A stretch of DNA of 64,000 bases. Source: Spirochaetia bacterium (GTDB lineage Bacteria > Spirochaetota > Spirochaetia > CADAEX01). The notes under the pieces are model-generated. The model was not told the DNA's origin, did not search any database, and saw only the letters and a program-made list of their open reading frames with translations. A program made the position numbers and the translations under genes. Shown here one piece after another: positions 40,612-50,965 of this stretch. The stretch covers positions 96,001-160,000 of the forward strand of contig CAXXHA010000011.1 in the NCBI GenBank assembly GCA_963662265.2. Direction: 5' to 3'. Numbering within the stretch: the first letter of the stretch is position 1; every line of letters begins with the position of its first letter.

Positions 40612-41700
40612 TTGATAATCAGATATACGAAAACAGATAAAGGGAAAACCAGAAAACTAGCAGTTTTATATACCAAAAAAGAACACGATATTTCAAAACA
40701 TAAAATAGATCCGGAAGCCTTGTATATATGTGACAAGCTTCGCAACGAGGGGCACCAGGCATATATAGTCGGCGGTGCAGTCAGGGATCTTGTAATAAAG
40801 AAAACTCCTAAAGATTTTGATATTGTAACTGATGCTCTTCCCGGTCAGATTAAAAAACTTTTCCGGCATTCCAGGATAATAGGGCGAAGATTCAGACTTG
40901 TCCATGTGTATCTTGGTTCACAGATTTATGAAGTATCTACTTTCAGGTCAAGCATATCGCGTGAAGGGGACAATAATAATTTCGGAACAATGAAAGAGGA
41001 TGTATTCAGGCGGGATTTTTCAATAAATGCATTATATTATGATCCCAAGGATGAATATATAATAGATTTCATCGGGGGCTTCAAAGACCTCAAGAAAAGA
41101 AAAGTGAAGCCTGTAATTCCTCTCAAGACAATTTTTCTTGAAGACCCGGTCAGGCTTATACGGGCTGTAAAATATTCAGTAATGATTGAGGGAGATATCC
41201 CTTTTGTCCTCCGCATGAGGATGAAGAAACATTCCAAAGAGATAATGTATACTTCCCCCTCAAGGCTGACAGAGGAAATACTGAAGATTCTTAAAATGGA
41301 TAATACTGCTGCAGTTATGAAAAAACTTGCTGAATCAGGAATACTGAAGTATATTCTGCCCGGCGTGTTTGAAATGCAGAAAAATTCATATTTCTATGAA
41401 AGTCTTGAAAAATTCGACAGGGAAAAAATCCGTAAAAATACAGATAATATCAGTAATGTAATCCAGCCCATAATCGAAGATTTTATTCTGAATTTCATAT
41501 GCTTTGACAGGGATGAAAAATATTCTGTAAGGGAGATTACAGATGATGTGAAATCATATCTGCGTCCGATAACTCCTCCCAATAAAGATATATCTGAAGC
41601 AGTAAGGAAAATTCTGAAAAGAAACGGTATCAGGCAGAAAAACATAAGAAGACCGGCTCTTAAAAGCGGTAAGAAAATAAGCCCTGCAAACAACAACTAG
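40612..41700 (+). CDS. pcnB: Poly(A) polymerase / tRNA nucleotidyltransferase family
   Basis: VGGAVRD, KDFD, IIGRRFRLVHV (poly(A) polymerase signature), RRDFSIN, EDPVR; likely TTG start at 40612 (ORF extends to 40567). Confidence 0.88.
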   Translation: MIIRYTKTDKGKTRKLAVLYTKKEHDISKHKIDPEALYICDKLRNEGHQAYIVGGAVRDLVIKKTPKDFDIVTDALPGQIKKLFRHSRIIGRRFRLVHVYLGSQIYEVSTFRSSISREGDNNNFGTMKEDVFRRDFSINALYYDPKDEYIIDFIGGFKDLKKRKVKPVIPLKTIFLEDPVRLIRAVKYSVMIEGDIPFVLRMRMKKHSKEIMYTSPSRLTEEILKILKMDNTAAVMKKLAESGILKYILPGVFEMQKNSYFYESLEKFDREKIRKNTDNISNVIQPIIEDFILNFICFDRDEKYSVREITDDVKSYLRPITPPNKDISEAVRKILKRNGIRQKNIRRPALKSGKKISPANNN

Positions 41701-41765
41701 GCAGAAAACAGGTAACGGCATTTGGGGAAAGTAATTTTCCGGCAGCTTTTAAACTATCCCCGGTA

Positions 41766-42635
41766 TTACCTGCTTAGAAGGTTTTCAATTTTCAGGTTTA
41801 CTTCATTTATAATGATGCCTGCATATCTTTCAATATTGGTTATGACATACTGCTGGAAATTGTGTATTTTCCCTGAAAGCTGGGTCCTATAGGGGACCTG
41901 CAGGTAGAGTTTTATCCTGTAACCTGTAAAATCATTCTTTACTTTGACTTTTTTTATTTTAATTGTGTGGTCGAATTCATCTGCGCAGTGGATAATCATC
42001 TGGGTAAGGGCAGTTTCTGAAATTGTCACCTTTCCCTTTTTCTGGGAAAAATCAGGCTGAACAACAGTTTTTTCATAGAATTTGTCTTTATTTTTGCCGA
42101 AGTTGAATATTTTTCTTTTTACAAAAACCTTGACTGAATCGTAAATTATATGGGAGTAATCTCTTTGAATTTCCACTGTAGGTACTGGAATTATATGTTT
42201 TCCTTCAATATGCCGCGATTTAATTGCCTTGTTTATCTCGTCCTCGGTTGCAATATCCTCAATATGAATCATCTTGGAAATATGGGGAAGCTTGAGCCTT
42301 TTTGTTATCTTTCTTACCATTTTTTCGGATGTACCGAGAATAAGAATCCTTTTGAAATTTGTATTCTGCAGTGCATGAATAACTTCTTCCCTGTGCTGAG
42401 CTTCATCGAACAGTGCTGTTTTTATTGCACCCAGAAATGCCGCCTCTTTCTTGGCTGATTTTCCTGCAATAATGTTTTTTTCCTTGATAAGAAGTCCGTC
42501 ATCTATTATCAAGTCAATTCCATACTTCTCGGCAATAAGTTTTGCCCTGAAGCTTTTACCTGTTCCGCTTTTTCCGACAAGCGCAAATACTTTAATTCCT
42601 TTAAAAAGCCACAATATATAGTAAAAAAGTTTCAT
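41766..42635 (-). CDS. P-loop NTPase/kinase-like domain fused to a C-terminal Asp23/Gls24-like domain
   Basis: GKSGTGKS, IIDDGLLI; C-terminal GKVTISETAL...VNLKI pattern; start could be 42653. Confidence 0.7.
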   Translation of the reverse strand: MKLFYYILWLFKGIKVFALVGKSGTGKSFRAKLIAEKYGIDLIIDDGLLIKEKNIIAGKSAKKEAAFLGAIKTALFDEAQHREEVIHALQNTNFKRILILGTSEKMVRKITKRLKLPHISKMIHIEDIATEDEINKAIKSRHIEGKHIIPVPTVEIQRDYSHIIYDSVKVFVKRKIFNFGKNKDKFYEKTVVQPDFSQKKGKVTISETALTQMIIHCADEFDHTIKIKKVKVKNDFTGYRIKLYLQVPYRTQLSGKIHNFQQYVITNIERYAGIIINEVNLKIENLLSR

Positions 42636-42745
42636 ACATAAAATATACCACAAAAATAATTAAAAGAAAGTATTTAGGAGATTAACTTTTCGTTTAAATG
42701 AAATGCGGAATTATTATCTTCTGGAATCTGTTCTGCCGTTTTGTT

Positions 42746-43774
42746 TTAAAAAGTCTTAATAAAATTTCTGAATATTTCCATTGCTTCATCGCCAAAAATC
42801 TTGACAGCAGTGTTTATGAAATAATCAGGTACCGGGGCTTTCAGGCTGCTGAATCCTGTTGTTTCTGAATATTCTTTTAAATCAATCCTGTATGCGTGGA
42901 GAAGGTAACAGGGGATAACAGGTTTACCCCCGTATTTTTTATCGCCGGTTAACGGATGCCTGTTAAGCTGTCCCTGTTTTCTGATCTGGTGATATCTTCC
43001 GGTGGGGATATTAACAAGTGCCAGTGTATTTCTGCTGTTGAACAGCAGCGGTTTTACAATTGTAACAGCTTTTTTTGATTTCCCGGATTTGTCCTGATCA
43101 GCATCGACCGCTTTTTTCTGATTATTGTCCTGGGTTATCCTGTTCTCCCACCTGACTTCTCTTCCAATTTTTCCGTCAAAAAGTGCAAGGTAGTATTTTT
43201 CAGTTTTTCCGTTTCTCAGCATTTCTGAAAATATCCTTGCACCATCTATGGATTTACCAAAAAGAACAAGACCTGAAGTGTTCCTGTCCAGCCGGTGCAG
43301 GGGACCTGGGCTGAAAGTCAGCGACTGTTCAATTTTACCTTTCAGGTATATTTTAATGCAATCTTCAAGTGTTTCTGTCTTTTTTCCGAAATTCCCGCCA
43401 TGTACAGGAACACCTCTTTTTTTGTTGACAGCTAATATATTTTGGTTTTCAAAAATAATATCTTTTTTTATATCTGCGGCAATTTTCACAGTTTCAGGTG
43501 AAAATGCCATGTTTCCGGTTTTACCCGATTTAAGACCCTTTTCAAGTGATGGAAGATTTTCAAGAAGCGATTTATGAACAGAAATAACATCACCTTCACT
43601 GACCCTGTATTCAGGCTTGATTTTCCTGCTGTTGATCCTGATTCTTCCGCTTCTTATTTCTTTATATACTGATGATAAATTCAGATCTGACAGCACTTTC
43701 CTTATTATTTTATCAGCTCTTTTCCCTGAGTCATTTTTCCCTGTTACAGCTGCAGTTTTAAAGTTTATATTCAA
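42746..43774 (-). CDS. RluA/RluC family pseudouridine synthase with S4 domain
   Basis: N-terminal S4, VNKKRG.PVH, HRLDRNTSG, TGRYHQIR, GDKKYG. Confidence 0.92.
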   Translation of the reverse strand: MNINFKTAAVTGKNDSGKRADKIIRKVLSDLNLSSVYKEIRSGRIRINSRKIKPEYRVSEGDVISVHKSLLENLPSLEKGLKSGKTGNMAFSPETVKIAADIKKDIIFENQNILAVNKKRGVPVHGGNFGKKTETLEDCIKIYLKGKIEQSLTFSPGPLHRLDRNTSGLVLFGKSIDGARIFSEMLRNGKTEKYYLALFDGKIGREVRWENRITQDNNQKKAVDADQDKSGKSKKAVTIVKPLLFNSRNTLALVNIPTGRYHQIRKQGQLNRHPLTGDKKYGGKPVIPCYLLHAYRIDLKEYSETTGFSSLKAPVPDYFINTAVKIFGDEAMEIFRNFIKTF

Positions 43775-43832
43775 CTTCTTTTATATCCTTTACCTACTTG
43801 ACAATACACCTGCTACATAAGACTATATCTTT

Positions 43833-44312
43833 ATGCAGGAGACAGGTTTTTACTATATTAACAGAATTTTTCAAAATCCTGTATTTTTATCAGCCGTTTT
43901 CAGCTGGTTTATTGCGCAATTTATAAAAACTGTAATTGTTGTTCTTTATCCCATGCAGAAACCGATAAAATACTATCTCGGTGTGCTATTATGGAAGACA
44001 GGAGGAATGCCGTCAAGCCATTCTGCTCTTGTAACTTCCGTGGCAATATCGGCAGGTTTTCAGGAAGGATTCAATACACCTCTGTTTATTGCTCTAAGCT
44101 GTTATGGTCTCCTTGTAATCCGGGATTCTGTCGGTGTCAGACGTGCAGCCGGTATTCAGGCAAAAATGCTTAACAGGCTCGGCAGGGAATTGGAAAAAAG
44201 AAACGGAATACCGTACAGGCCGGTTAAAGAGGTTAACGGTCATACAGCATCGGAAGCTATTGTAGGCTCTATCATCGGGTTTTTCATTGCTGTGGCTTTT
44301 AACAGTCTTTAA
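43833..44312 (+). CDS. Divergent PAP2 family membrane protein (DUF212/YuiD-like)
   Basis: AQFIK, TGGMPSSHSA, DSVGVRRAAG, GHT. Confidence 0.88.
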   Translation: MQETGFYYINRIFQNPVFLSAVFSWFIAQFIKTVIVVLYPMQKPIKYYLGVLLWKTGGMPSSHSALVTSVAISAGFQEGFNTPLFIALSCYGLLVIRDSVGVRRAAGIQAKMLNRLGRELEKRNGIPYRPVKEVNGHTASEAIVGSIIGFFIAVAFNSL

Positions 44313-44323
44313 CAGGAACTATA

Positions 44324-45955
44324 ATGACAGATATTGATACAATAGTAAGAAAAACAACAGTTATATATATATTACTCATACTGGCTGCCTTGCTGACATT
44401 TGCCGCAACAGTTTTATTTAAAATTCCTTCAGGGAAATTTTCACTGTGGTCCGGTTATCATATTCTGGTTGTTGATAAATATGAATCAGGTAACGAAGTC
44501 CCGGAAAGCAGATTATCTGCTCTTTCTGAATTGCTTGAAAAAGAAGGCAGTTTTGATGAAATTGTTTCCAGGTACAACACAGAAATAGAATACAGCAATT
44601 ATAATGAGCTTAGAAAAGTTAAACTGTCAGATCTGGAAAAAAGGTTTAATATTCTCGATCCCAGATATGACAGTTATATGAAAAAAATACCGCTTTATTT
44701 CACTACAGGTGATGAAAAAGATGAAAAAGAGATTTATTATATCAAAACATCAATGAGCGAGGATGAGGCAGTATCAGTGCTTGACAGCATAATGCCTGAA
44801 AGCATGGTCTGGGAAATTGCTTCGATGTCAGTTGCCAGATCAGTTTTCATTTTACCTGCAATATTTATTTTAATTACAGCATCTCTTGTTTTCATCAAAA
44901 AAATGAAATCTATGTTTTTTCTGTTTATATCGGCAGTCTGGCTTTTTGTGATTCTTAAAACAGATATAAGCCTGTTTTATGCTGCTGTAATCAATATTGT
45001 TTTTATCAGTTATTATATAGAAATTATCGAGCTTACATTGAGAAAGTGGTTTGATAACGAAATATTTTCAATAGAACAGCTTCTGAACAGGAGAAATGCG
45101 TTAATAAGTGCAGCAGTTTTCATTTTCTCAAATACTGTAATAGCAGTTTTGAATCCTTCGGTAAAATCCTTCATTCTTTTCAATTTATTATTTATTTCTG
45201 AGTGTTCTGTTCTTTCCCTTGATCTTGTATGCAGCATGAGAAGAGCTGTGAATTATATGCATAAAATATTCAGCAGCGTTCCTATACTTGAAACAAATAA
45301 AAACAGGATCTTTGACAGGTGGATGATAAGAAAACCGGTTTACTTTTATCTTTTCGTACTGCTGATTTCATTACCATCGGTATTTCTCCTCACAGGAAAA
45401 AGCAGTTTTCTGCTTCCGTCACCCGAGCCTGTAAAAGGGATTGAAAACGGGGATGCTTTTACTGAAATCAGGCTGCTTTCAGAATATGTTCCTGAAAAAA
45501 ATGAAGCGGGTAACGGTTTGGGCAATCGGCATCTGCCGGATATCTCCGATTATATGGCACACCTGGCTTACCAGATAAGGCTTCCCTATAAATTAGATTA
45601 TTCAATTCCGGATAAAAATGAAATGATAAGTATTTCTCATTATTTTTTAAATAAAAATAACTTTCAGGAAGAAAAAAAGACAGCCTACCTGTTTACAGAT
45701 TCATGGTTAAGAGATAATATTATTCGCGTCAAAGAAAGCGGATTAACCGGGCTGATTATGTCGGCCGGTGAACATGTAAAAGTAGTTTTTACTGATACAT
45801 CATCAGTAATAAATCCGGTTTTTTTTGGAAGTATGTATTGTTTTTTCTATGTTGCCCTGATTCTGATGGTTGTCTGGAAAGAAAAAGCAGGAAAAACAAA
45901 TTATGAAAAACATATATTACCTTTAATAAAAAGGAGAAAACAGCAAGCGGCATGA
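44324..45955 (+). CDS. Hypothetical multi-pass membrane protein
   Basis: 543-aa ORF with several TM segments and two soluble domains; stop overlaps the rsxC start (ATGA). Confidence 0.75.
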   Translation: MTDIDTIVRKTTVIYILLILAALLTFAATVLFKIPSGKFSLWSGYHILVVDKYESGNEVPESRLSALSELLEKEGSFDEIVSRYNTEIEYSNYNELRKVKLSDLEKRFNILDPRYDSYMKKIPLYFTTGDEKDEKEIYYIKTSMSEDEAVSVLDSIMPESMVWEIASMSVARSVFILPAIFILITASLVFIKKMKSMFFLFISAVWLFVILKTDISLFYAAVINIVFISYYIEIIELTLRKWFDNEIFSIEQLLNRRNALISAAVFIFSNTVIAVLNPSVKSFILFNLLFISECSVLSLDLVCSMRRAVNYMHKIFSSVPILETNKNRIFDRWMIRKPVYFYLFVLLISLPSVFLLTGKSSFLLPSPEPVKGIENGDAFTEIRLLSEYVPEKNEAGNGLGNRHLPDISDYMAHLAYQIRLPYKLDYSIPDKNEMISISHYFLNKNNFQEEKKTAYLFTDSWLRDNIIRVKESGLTGLIMSAGEHVKVVFTDTSSVINPVFFGSMYCFFYVALILMVVWKEKAGKTNYEKHILPLIKRRKQQAA

Positions 45956-47276
45956 AATCATTAAAAACTTTTTCTAAAGGCGGTATTCATCCGGGTGATT
46001 TTAAGGATTTAACCAATAAAGTTGAAATCCAGAATGCTCTGATAAAAGACCTGTTTATAGTCCCTTTGTCACAGCATATCGGTGCTCCGGCTGAATGTCT
46101 TGTAGCCTCAGGTGATGAGGTTAAAGAGGGGATGCTTATCGGAAAGGCTTCCGGATTTATTTCAGCAAATATTCATTCTCCGGTTCCCGGAACTGTTAAG
46201 GAAATTACTGAAGTATATCTTGCAAACGGAATGAAAAGCAAAGCTGTGGTAATTGAACCATCCGGTTCGTTTGAGCAGCTTGGAAAAACTGTCCAGCCTG
46301 TTGACTGGGAGTCTTTTTCTGCAGATGAAATCAGAGACAAAGTATTTGAAATGGGAATTGTTGGTCTTGGAGGCGCAACATTTCCTGCAAATGTTAAATA
46401 CGCAATCCCTGCCGATTCCAAAGTGGAGTCTCTTGTTATCAATGCGGTTGAATGTGAGCCATACCTTACTGCAGACCACAGGCTGATGCTTGAGAAACAG
46501 AGGAAATATTTACAGGATTAAAAATACTGAAAAAAGTTCTTGAACCTGAAAATATTTTAATAGGGATTGAGGCTAACAAGCCGGATGCAATTGAAATAAT
46601 GGAAAAATTCGCATCAGAGTCAGATCTAGGTGTAGAAATTGTTCCTTTGAAACTCAAGTATCCCCAGGGTGATGAAAAACAGCTTTTAAAGGCAGTTCTT
46701 GATAAAGAGGTTCCGTCAGGAAAACTTCCTATCCATATCGGGGCAGTTGTCTCAAATGTGGGAACTGTGTTTTCCGTATACGAAGCAGTTGCCTTCAACA
46801 AACCTCTCATCGAAAGGGTAGTAACAGTTTCCGGAAAAGGAATCAAAAATCCTTCAAACATTAAAGTCAGAATCGGTACCAAGGTTCAGGATATTATTGA
46901 AGACTGCGGAGGACTCACCGATGACACTGTGAAAATTGTCATGGGTGGACCTATGATGGGTTTTACAATGTGCAGCCTTGATACTCCTGTTATCAAGGGA
47001 ACTTCCGGTATTCTTGCACTTACTGAGAAAGAGATAAAAGGTAACAAGCAGACTGCCTGTCTTAACTGCGGCAGATGTACCCGTGCATGCCCTATGGGAC
47101 TTTCTCCAACCAGATTGTACAAAAACATTGATTTCGGAAAATATGAAGAAGCAATGAGAATGAATCTTATGGACTGTAAAGAATGCGGATGCTGTGCTTA
47201 TACATGTCCTGCCAATATTCCTCTTGTACAGGGAATGAGACTTGGTAAAAGAATGGCAAAAAAGAAGGTAAAGTAA
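45952..47276 (+). CDS. rsxC: Rnf electron transport complex subunit C (one frameshift near 46496, probably a sequencing error)
   Basis: QHIGAPA, GLGGATFP, NAVECEPY in frame 1; YPQGDEKQL, GGPMMG and two 4Fe-4S motifs in frame 2; one extra A at 46495-97 joins them. Confidence 0.9.
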
Positions 47277-48362
47277 ATGAAAGATGATAAATTGTTTCTG
47301 GTAGCCAGTTCACCTCAGATCCATCATCCGGATTCTACAGCCAGAATCATGCTTGATGTGATTATCGCTCTTGTTCCAGCAGGTATCTGGGGAGTATATG
47401 TTTTCGGCGTTAGAGCGCTTGTTGTTGTTGCAGTTTCAATAATTGCTGCTGTTGTATGTGAATATTTACTCGGAAAAGTTTCCGGTAAAAACACTATTGA
47501 TGATTACAGTGCATTGCTGACTGGACTTCTGATCGGTTACAATATGCCGGCAGATGTAAAGCTGTTTGTGCCTGTTGTTGCTTCTGTTTTTGCCGTAATA
47601 GTTATTAAATGGTCATTCGGAGGTCTTGGAGGAAACATGATGAATCCTGCTCTCGCAGGTCGTGTTTTCGTATTCTTTTCATGGACCGGTACAATGACAA
47701 AATGGAAAGCTCCTGTCACAAACATAGGTATTGACTCACTAAGCGGAGCATCCCCTTTAGGTTATCTTAAAACAGGGCTGATGGATTTCTCCGGAAAGGT
47801 CAGCGGCCCGATGGAATTCATGAAGGAATACCCTAAAAGCCCGGTAGATTCATCCCTTACAGAGTGGTTTAATTCTGCTTTCGGGGCAAAAATAGACGGC
47901 GGATATTTTGATCTTTTACTTGGAAATGTTTCAGGATGTATCGGCGAGGTATCAGCTCTTCTTCTCGTTCTCGGAGCAATATATCTCCTTGTCAGAAAAG
48001 TAATTACATGGGAAATCCCCGTGGCATACCTTGTTTCTTTTTCCGTGCTGATCTGGATCTTTGACGGAGTGAGATTCGGCAACGGGCTTTTTTCAGGCGA
48101 TGTGATGTTCAACCTTCTTTCAGGCGGATTGATGCTCGGTGCCCTCTATATGGCAACAGATATGGTAACATCTCCTTTGACAGCAAAGGGGCAGATTGTA
48201 TTCGGTATCGGATGCGGCTTTCTTACTTTCCTGATCAGAGTCTACGGTTCTTTCCCGGAAGGTGTATCACTTGCAATTATTCTGATGAATATTTTCGTTG
48301 CAATGATTGACAGAACCACAGCACCAAAACTTTTCGGAGCTGTAAAGAAGGGGAAAGAATAA
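47277..48362 (+). CDS. rsxD: Rnf complex subunit D
   Basis: SSPQIH, FGGLG.N.MNPALAGR, SGAS FMN site, GCIGEVSA, MATDMVTSP. Confidence 0.95.
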   Translation: MKDDKLFLVASSPQIHHPDSTARIMLDVIIALVPAGIWGVYVFGVRALVVVAVSIIAAVVCEYLLGKVSGKNTIDDYSALLTGLLIGYNMPADVKLFVPVVASVFAVIVIKWSFGGLGGNMMNPALAGRVFVFFSWTGTMTKWKAPVTNIGIDSLSGASPLGYLKTGLMDFSGKVSGPMEFMKEYPKSPVDSSLTEWFNSAFGAKIDGGYFDLLLGNVSGCIGEVSALLLVLGAIYLLVRKVITWEIPVAYLVSFSVLIWIFDGVRFGNGLFSGDVMFNLLSGGLMLGALYMATDMVTSPLTAKGQIVFGIGCGFLTFLIRVYGSFPEGVSLAIILMNIFVAMIDRTTAPKLFGAVKKGKE

Positions 48363-48916
48363 TGAAGAATATACTGATTATCGGTTTAAAACTGACAATT
48401 ATCTGTGCAGCAGCAGCACTCTGCCTTGGAATGGTAAATGCGCTTACAGCTCCAAGAATAGCAGAGCTTAAAAAAATTGCACTCGCAGAAGCTCTTCAGG
48501 TTATAAATAAAACAGGTACACCGGGAGAAGAGGTTGTTATAGAAGATGACAGCGTTGTTAAAGGTTATTATCCTGTTAAACTGGACAGCGGAGACATGAA
48601 GGGGTATATCCTTACTCTCAGGGGCGACGGTTATGCAGGTGACATGAAAATCCTTGCCAACTATGAAAAGAACGGTAAACTTCTGGGGTGTGTTCTGATG
48701 GATAACCAGGAAACACCGGGCCTTGGAAAAGAAGCTGAAAGAATCGAATATATGGATAAGTATAAAGGATTCGGGGCAGATTCTCCAATTCCTGTCAAGA
48801 AGAGTCAGCTGTCTGCGGACGATGCTGATGCAATCGGAGGAGCCACAATTACCTTTGTCGGAATAGGCAAAGCGCTTGATTACGGCTCAAACTATGTAAA
48901 AGATCTAGGAGAATAG
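48362..48916 (+). CDS. rsxG: Rnf complex subunit G
   Basis: N-terminal TM helix, GYAG, ETPGLG, DAIGGATIT. Confidence 0.92.
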   Translation: MKNILIIGLKLTIICAAAALCLGMVNALTAPRIAELKKIALAEALQVINKTGTPGEEVVIEDDSVVKGYYPVKLDSGDMKGYILTLRGDGYAGDMKILANYEKNGKLLGCVLMDNQETPGLGKEAERIEYMDKYKGFGADSPIPVKKSQLSADDADAIGGATITFVGIGKALDYGSNYVKDLGE

Positions 48917-48918
48917 CC

Positions 48919-49530
48919 GTGATAAAGGAATTTACAAAAGGACTTTTTAAAGAAAATCCTATTTTTATAATTGTACTGGGACTCTGTCCGGCGCTGGGTG
49001 TTTCGACAAAGGTTGTAAATGCGCTGGGTATGGGTGCAGGTGTAATATTTGTTCTTCTCTGTTCAAATATTCTTGTTTCACTACTTAAGGATTTTATTCC
49101 GGACAAGGTAAGAATCCCTTCCTATATTGTAATAATTGCATCATTTGTAACAATTGTTGAAATGGTAATGCAGGCTTATTCACCGGCTCTTTATAAAAAC
49201 CTCGGTGTATTTGTACCGCTTATTGTAGTAAACTGTGTAATCCTCGGTAGAGCCGAGGCTTTTGCAAATAAAAACTCTGTACTGCCTTCAATACTCGATG
49301 CTCTGGGCATGGGACTGGGTTTTACAATAGGACTTGTTCTCATAGCTGTAGTCAGGGAAATCCTGGGTGCAGGAACAATAACAGTATTTCCTCTCGGCAG
49401 TTTCGACGGTGTTATCAGGATACCTGGACTATATGAAGCTCCGGTAAGGGTAATAGGACTTGCTGCAGGTGCTCTTCTTGTAATGGGCTATCTTAAGGCA
49501 TTCTTCAACTGGTACCTGGACAGGAAATAG
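48919..49530 (+). CDS. rsxE: Rnf complex subunit E
   Basis: ENP..LGLCP, PLIVVNC, GRAEAFA. Confidence 0.95.
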   Translation: MIKEFTKGLFKENPIFIIVLGLCPALGVSTKVVNALGMGAGVIFVLLCSNILVSLLKDFIPDKVRIPSYIVIIASFVTIVEMVMQAYSPALYKNLGVFVPLIVVNCVILGRAEAFANKNSVLPSILDALGMGLGFTIGLVLIAVVREILGAGTITVFPLGSFDGVIRIPGLYEAPVRVIGLAAGALLVMGYLKAFFNWYLDRK

Positions 49531-49539
49531 GGGGAAATC

Positions 49540-50130
49540 ATGACTTATATAAGTATTATAATAACATATGTATTTATCAGTAACCTGATTCTTACACAGT
49601 TTTTGGGAATGTGCCCTTTTATCGGTGTATCAAAAAATGTTGAATCAGCCGTAGGTATGGGGTTTGCCGTAACTTTTGTTATGGCTCTTGCATCTCTTAC
49701 AACATGGGCAATACAGTATTTCATACTTGTTCCCCTTCATATAGAATTTCTTCAGACAATTACATTTATTCTTGTAATAGCTTCACTGGTACAGTTTGTG
49801 GAAATGGTGATACAGAAGGTTGCTCCACCTCTTTACAAGGCGCTTGGGATATTCCTTCCTCTCATAACAACAAACTGTGCTGTACTCGGTATAGCGCTCA
49901 TAGTTGTAAGAAGCGGATACAATGCAATGGAAAGCTTCCTGGGCGGAGTTTCTGCAGGTCTCGGATTTCTCCTTGCTATTCTTATTATGTCTACAATCAG
50001 GGAAAGACTTGATACAGAAAGAGTTCCTAAGGCTATTAAGGGGATCCCTATAGCATTTATTGCAGGGGGACTGATGGCTCTTGCCTTTATGGCATTTGAT
50101 AAAGCACTCTTGAAAAATCTACTTGGTTAG
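49540..50130 (+). CDS. rsxA: Rnf complex subunit A
   Basis: FLGMCPF, LGIFLPLITTNCAVLG. Confidence 0.95.
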   Translation: MTYISIIITYVFISNLILTQFLGMCPFIGVSKNVESAVGMGFAVTFVMALASLTTWAIQYFILVPLHIEFLQTITFILVIASLVQFVEMVIQKVAPPLYKALGIFLPLITTNCAVLGIALIVVRSGYNAMESFLGGVSAGLGFLLAILIMSTIRERLDTERVPKAIKGIPIAFIAGGLMALAFMAFDKALLKNLLG

Positions 50131-50139
50131 GAGCTTTAT

Positions 50140-50940
50140 ATGTTGATTACTATATTTTATGCGTTTATTTCTGTTGCTCTGCTGGGAGCTGTTTTCGGAA
50201 TAGGTCTGGCAATTGCGGCAAAATACTTACATGTTAAGAAAGATGAAAAGCTTATCAGTCTTGAAGAGGCAATGCCTGGATATAACTGCGGTGCCTGCGG
50301 ATATGCCGGATGTTCTTCATATGCAGAGGCAATATTTGAAGGAACAGCAGAGGATCTCACATTATGTGCTCCAGGTGCTGCCGAAACTGCTCACAAGCTT
50401 GCTGATATAATGGGTGTTACTGTTGAAGTTCCTGCTGAAAAAATGGTTGCACAGGTTCACTGCCGGGGAGGCAGGGAAAATGCCAAAATTGCATTTGATT
50501 ACAAGGGGATAAGCGACTGTAATGCTGCTTCAATCCTGTTTCAGGGAGAAAAAGTTTGTAAATATGGTTGCCTTGGATATGGAAGCTGTATTAAAGTATG
50601 TCCTGTTGATGCAATTGATTATGATGATGAAGGGCTGATCTGGATTGACCGCGACAAATGTATAGCCTGCGGAAAATGTATTGATGTATGTCCGACACAT
50701 GTAATTAAAATGATACCATATTCTGCTGATTATATTGTTGCATGTAATTCAAATGATAAGGGTGCTGTAACAAGAAAAGCTTGCAAAGTTGGTTGCATAG
50801 GTTGTAAAATGTGTGATAAGCAATCGCCGGAAGGGGGCTATGTAATAGACAATTTCCTTGCAGCTATTGACTACAGCAAGGATGGTGAACGTTCTGCCGG
50901 TGCAGAAAAATGTCCTGCAAAGTGCATTAAAAAGCTATAG
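50140..50940 (+). CDS. rsxB: Rnf complex subunit B (polyferredoxin)
   Basis: PGYNCGACGYAGC, CKYGCLGYGSC..VCP, CIACGKC..VCP. Confidence 0.95.
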   Translation: MLITIFYAFISVALLGAVFGIGLAIAAKYLHVKKDEKLISLEEAMPGYNCGACGYAGCSSYAEAIFEGTAEDLTLCAPGAAETAHKLADIMGVTVEVPAEKMVAQVHCRGGRENAKIAFDYKGISDCNAASILFQGEKVCKYGCLGYGSCIKVCPVDAIDYDDEGLIWIDRDKCIACGKCIDVCPTHVIKMIPYSADYIVACNSNDKGAVTRKACKVGCIGCKMCDKQSPEGGYVIDNFLAAIDYSKDGERSAGAEKCPAKCIKKL

Positions 50941-50965
50941 AAAGGTTTTGAAAAGTAAATAATGA

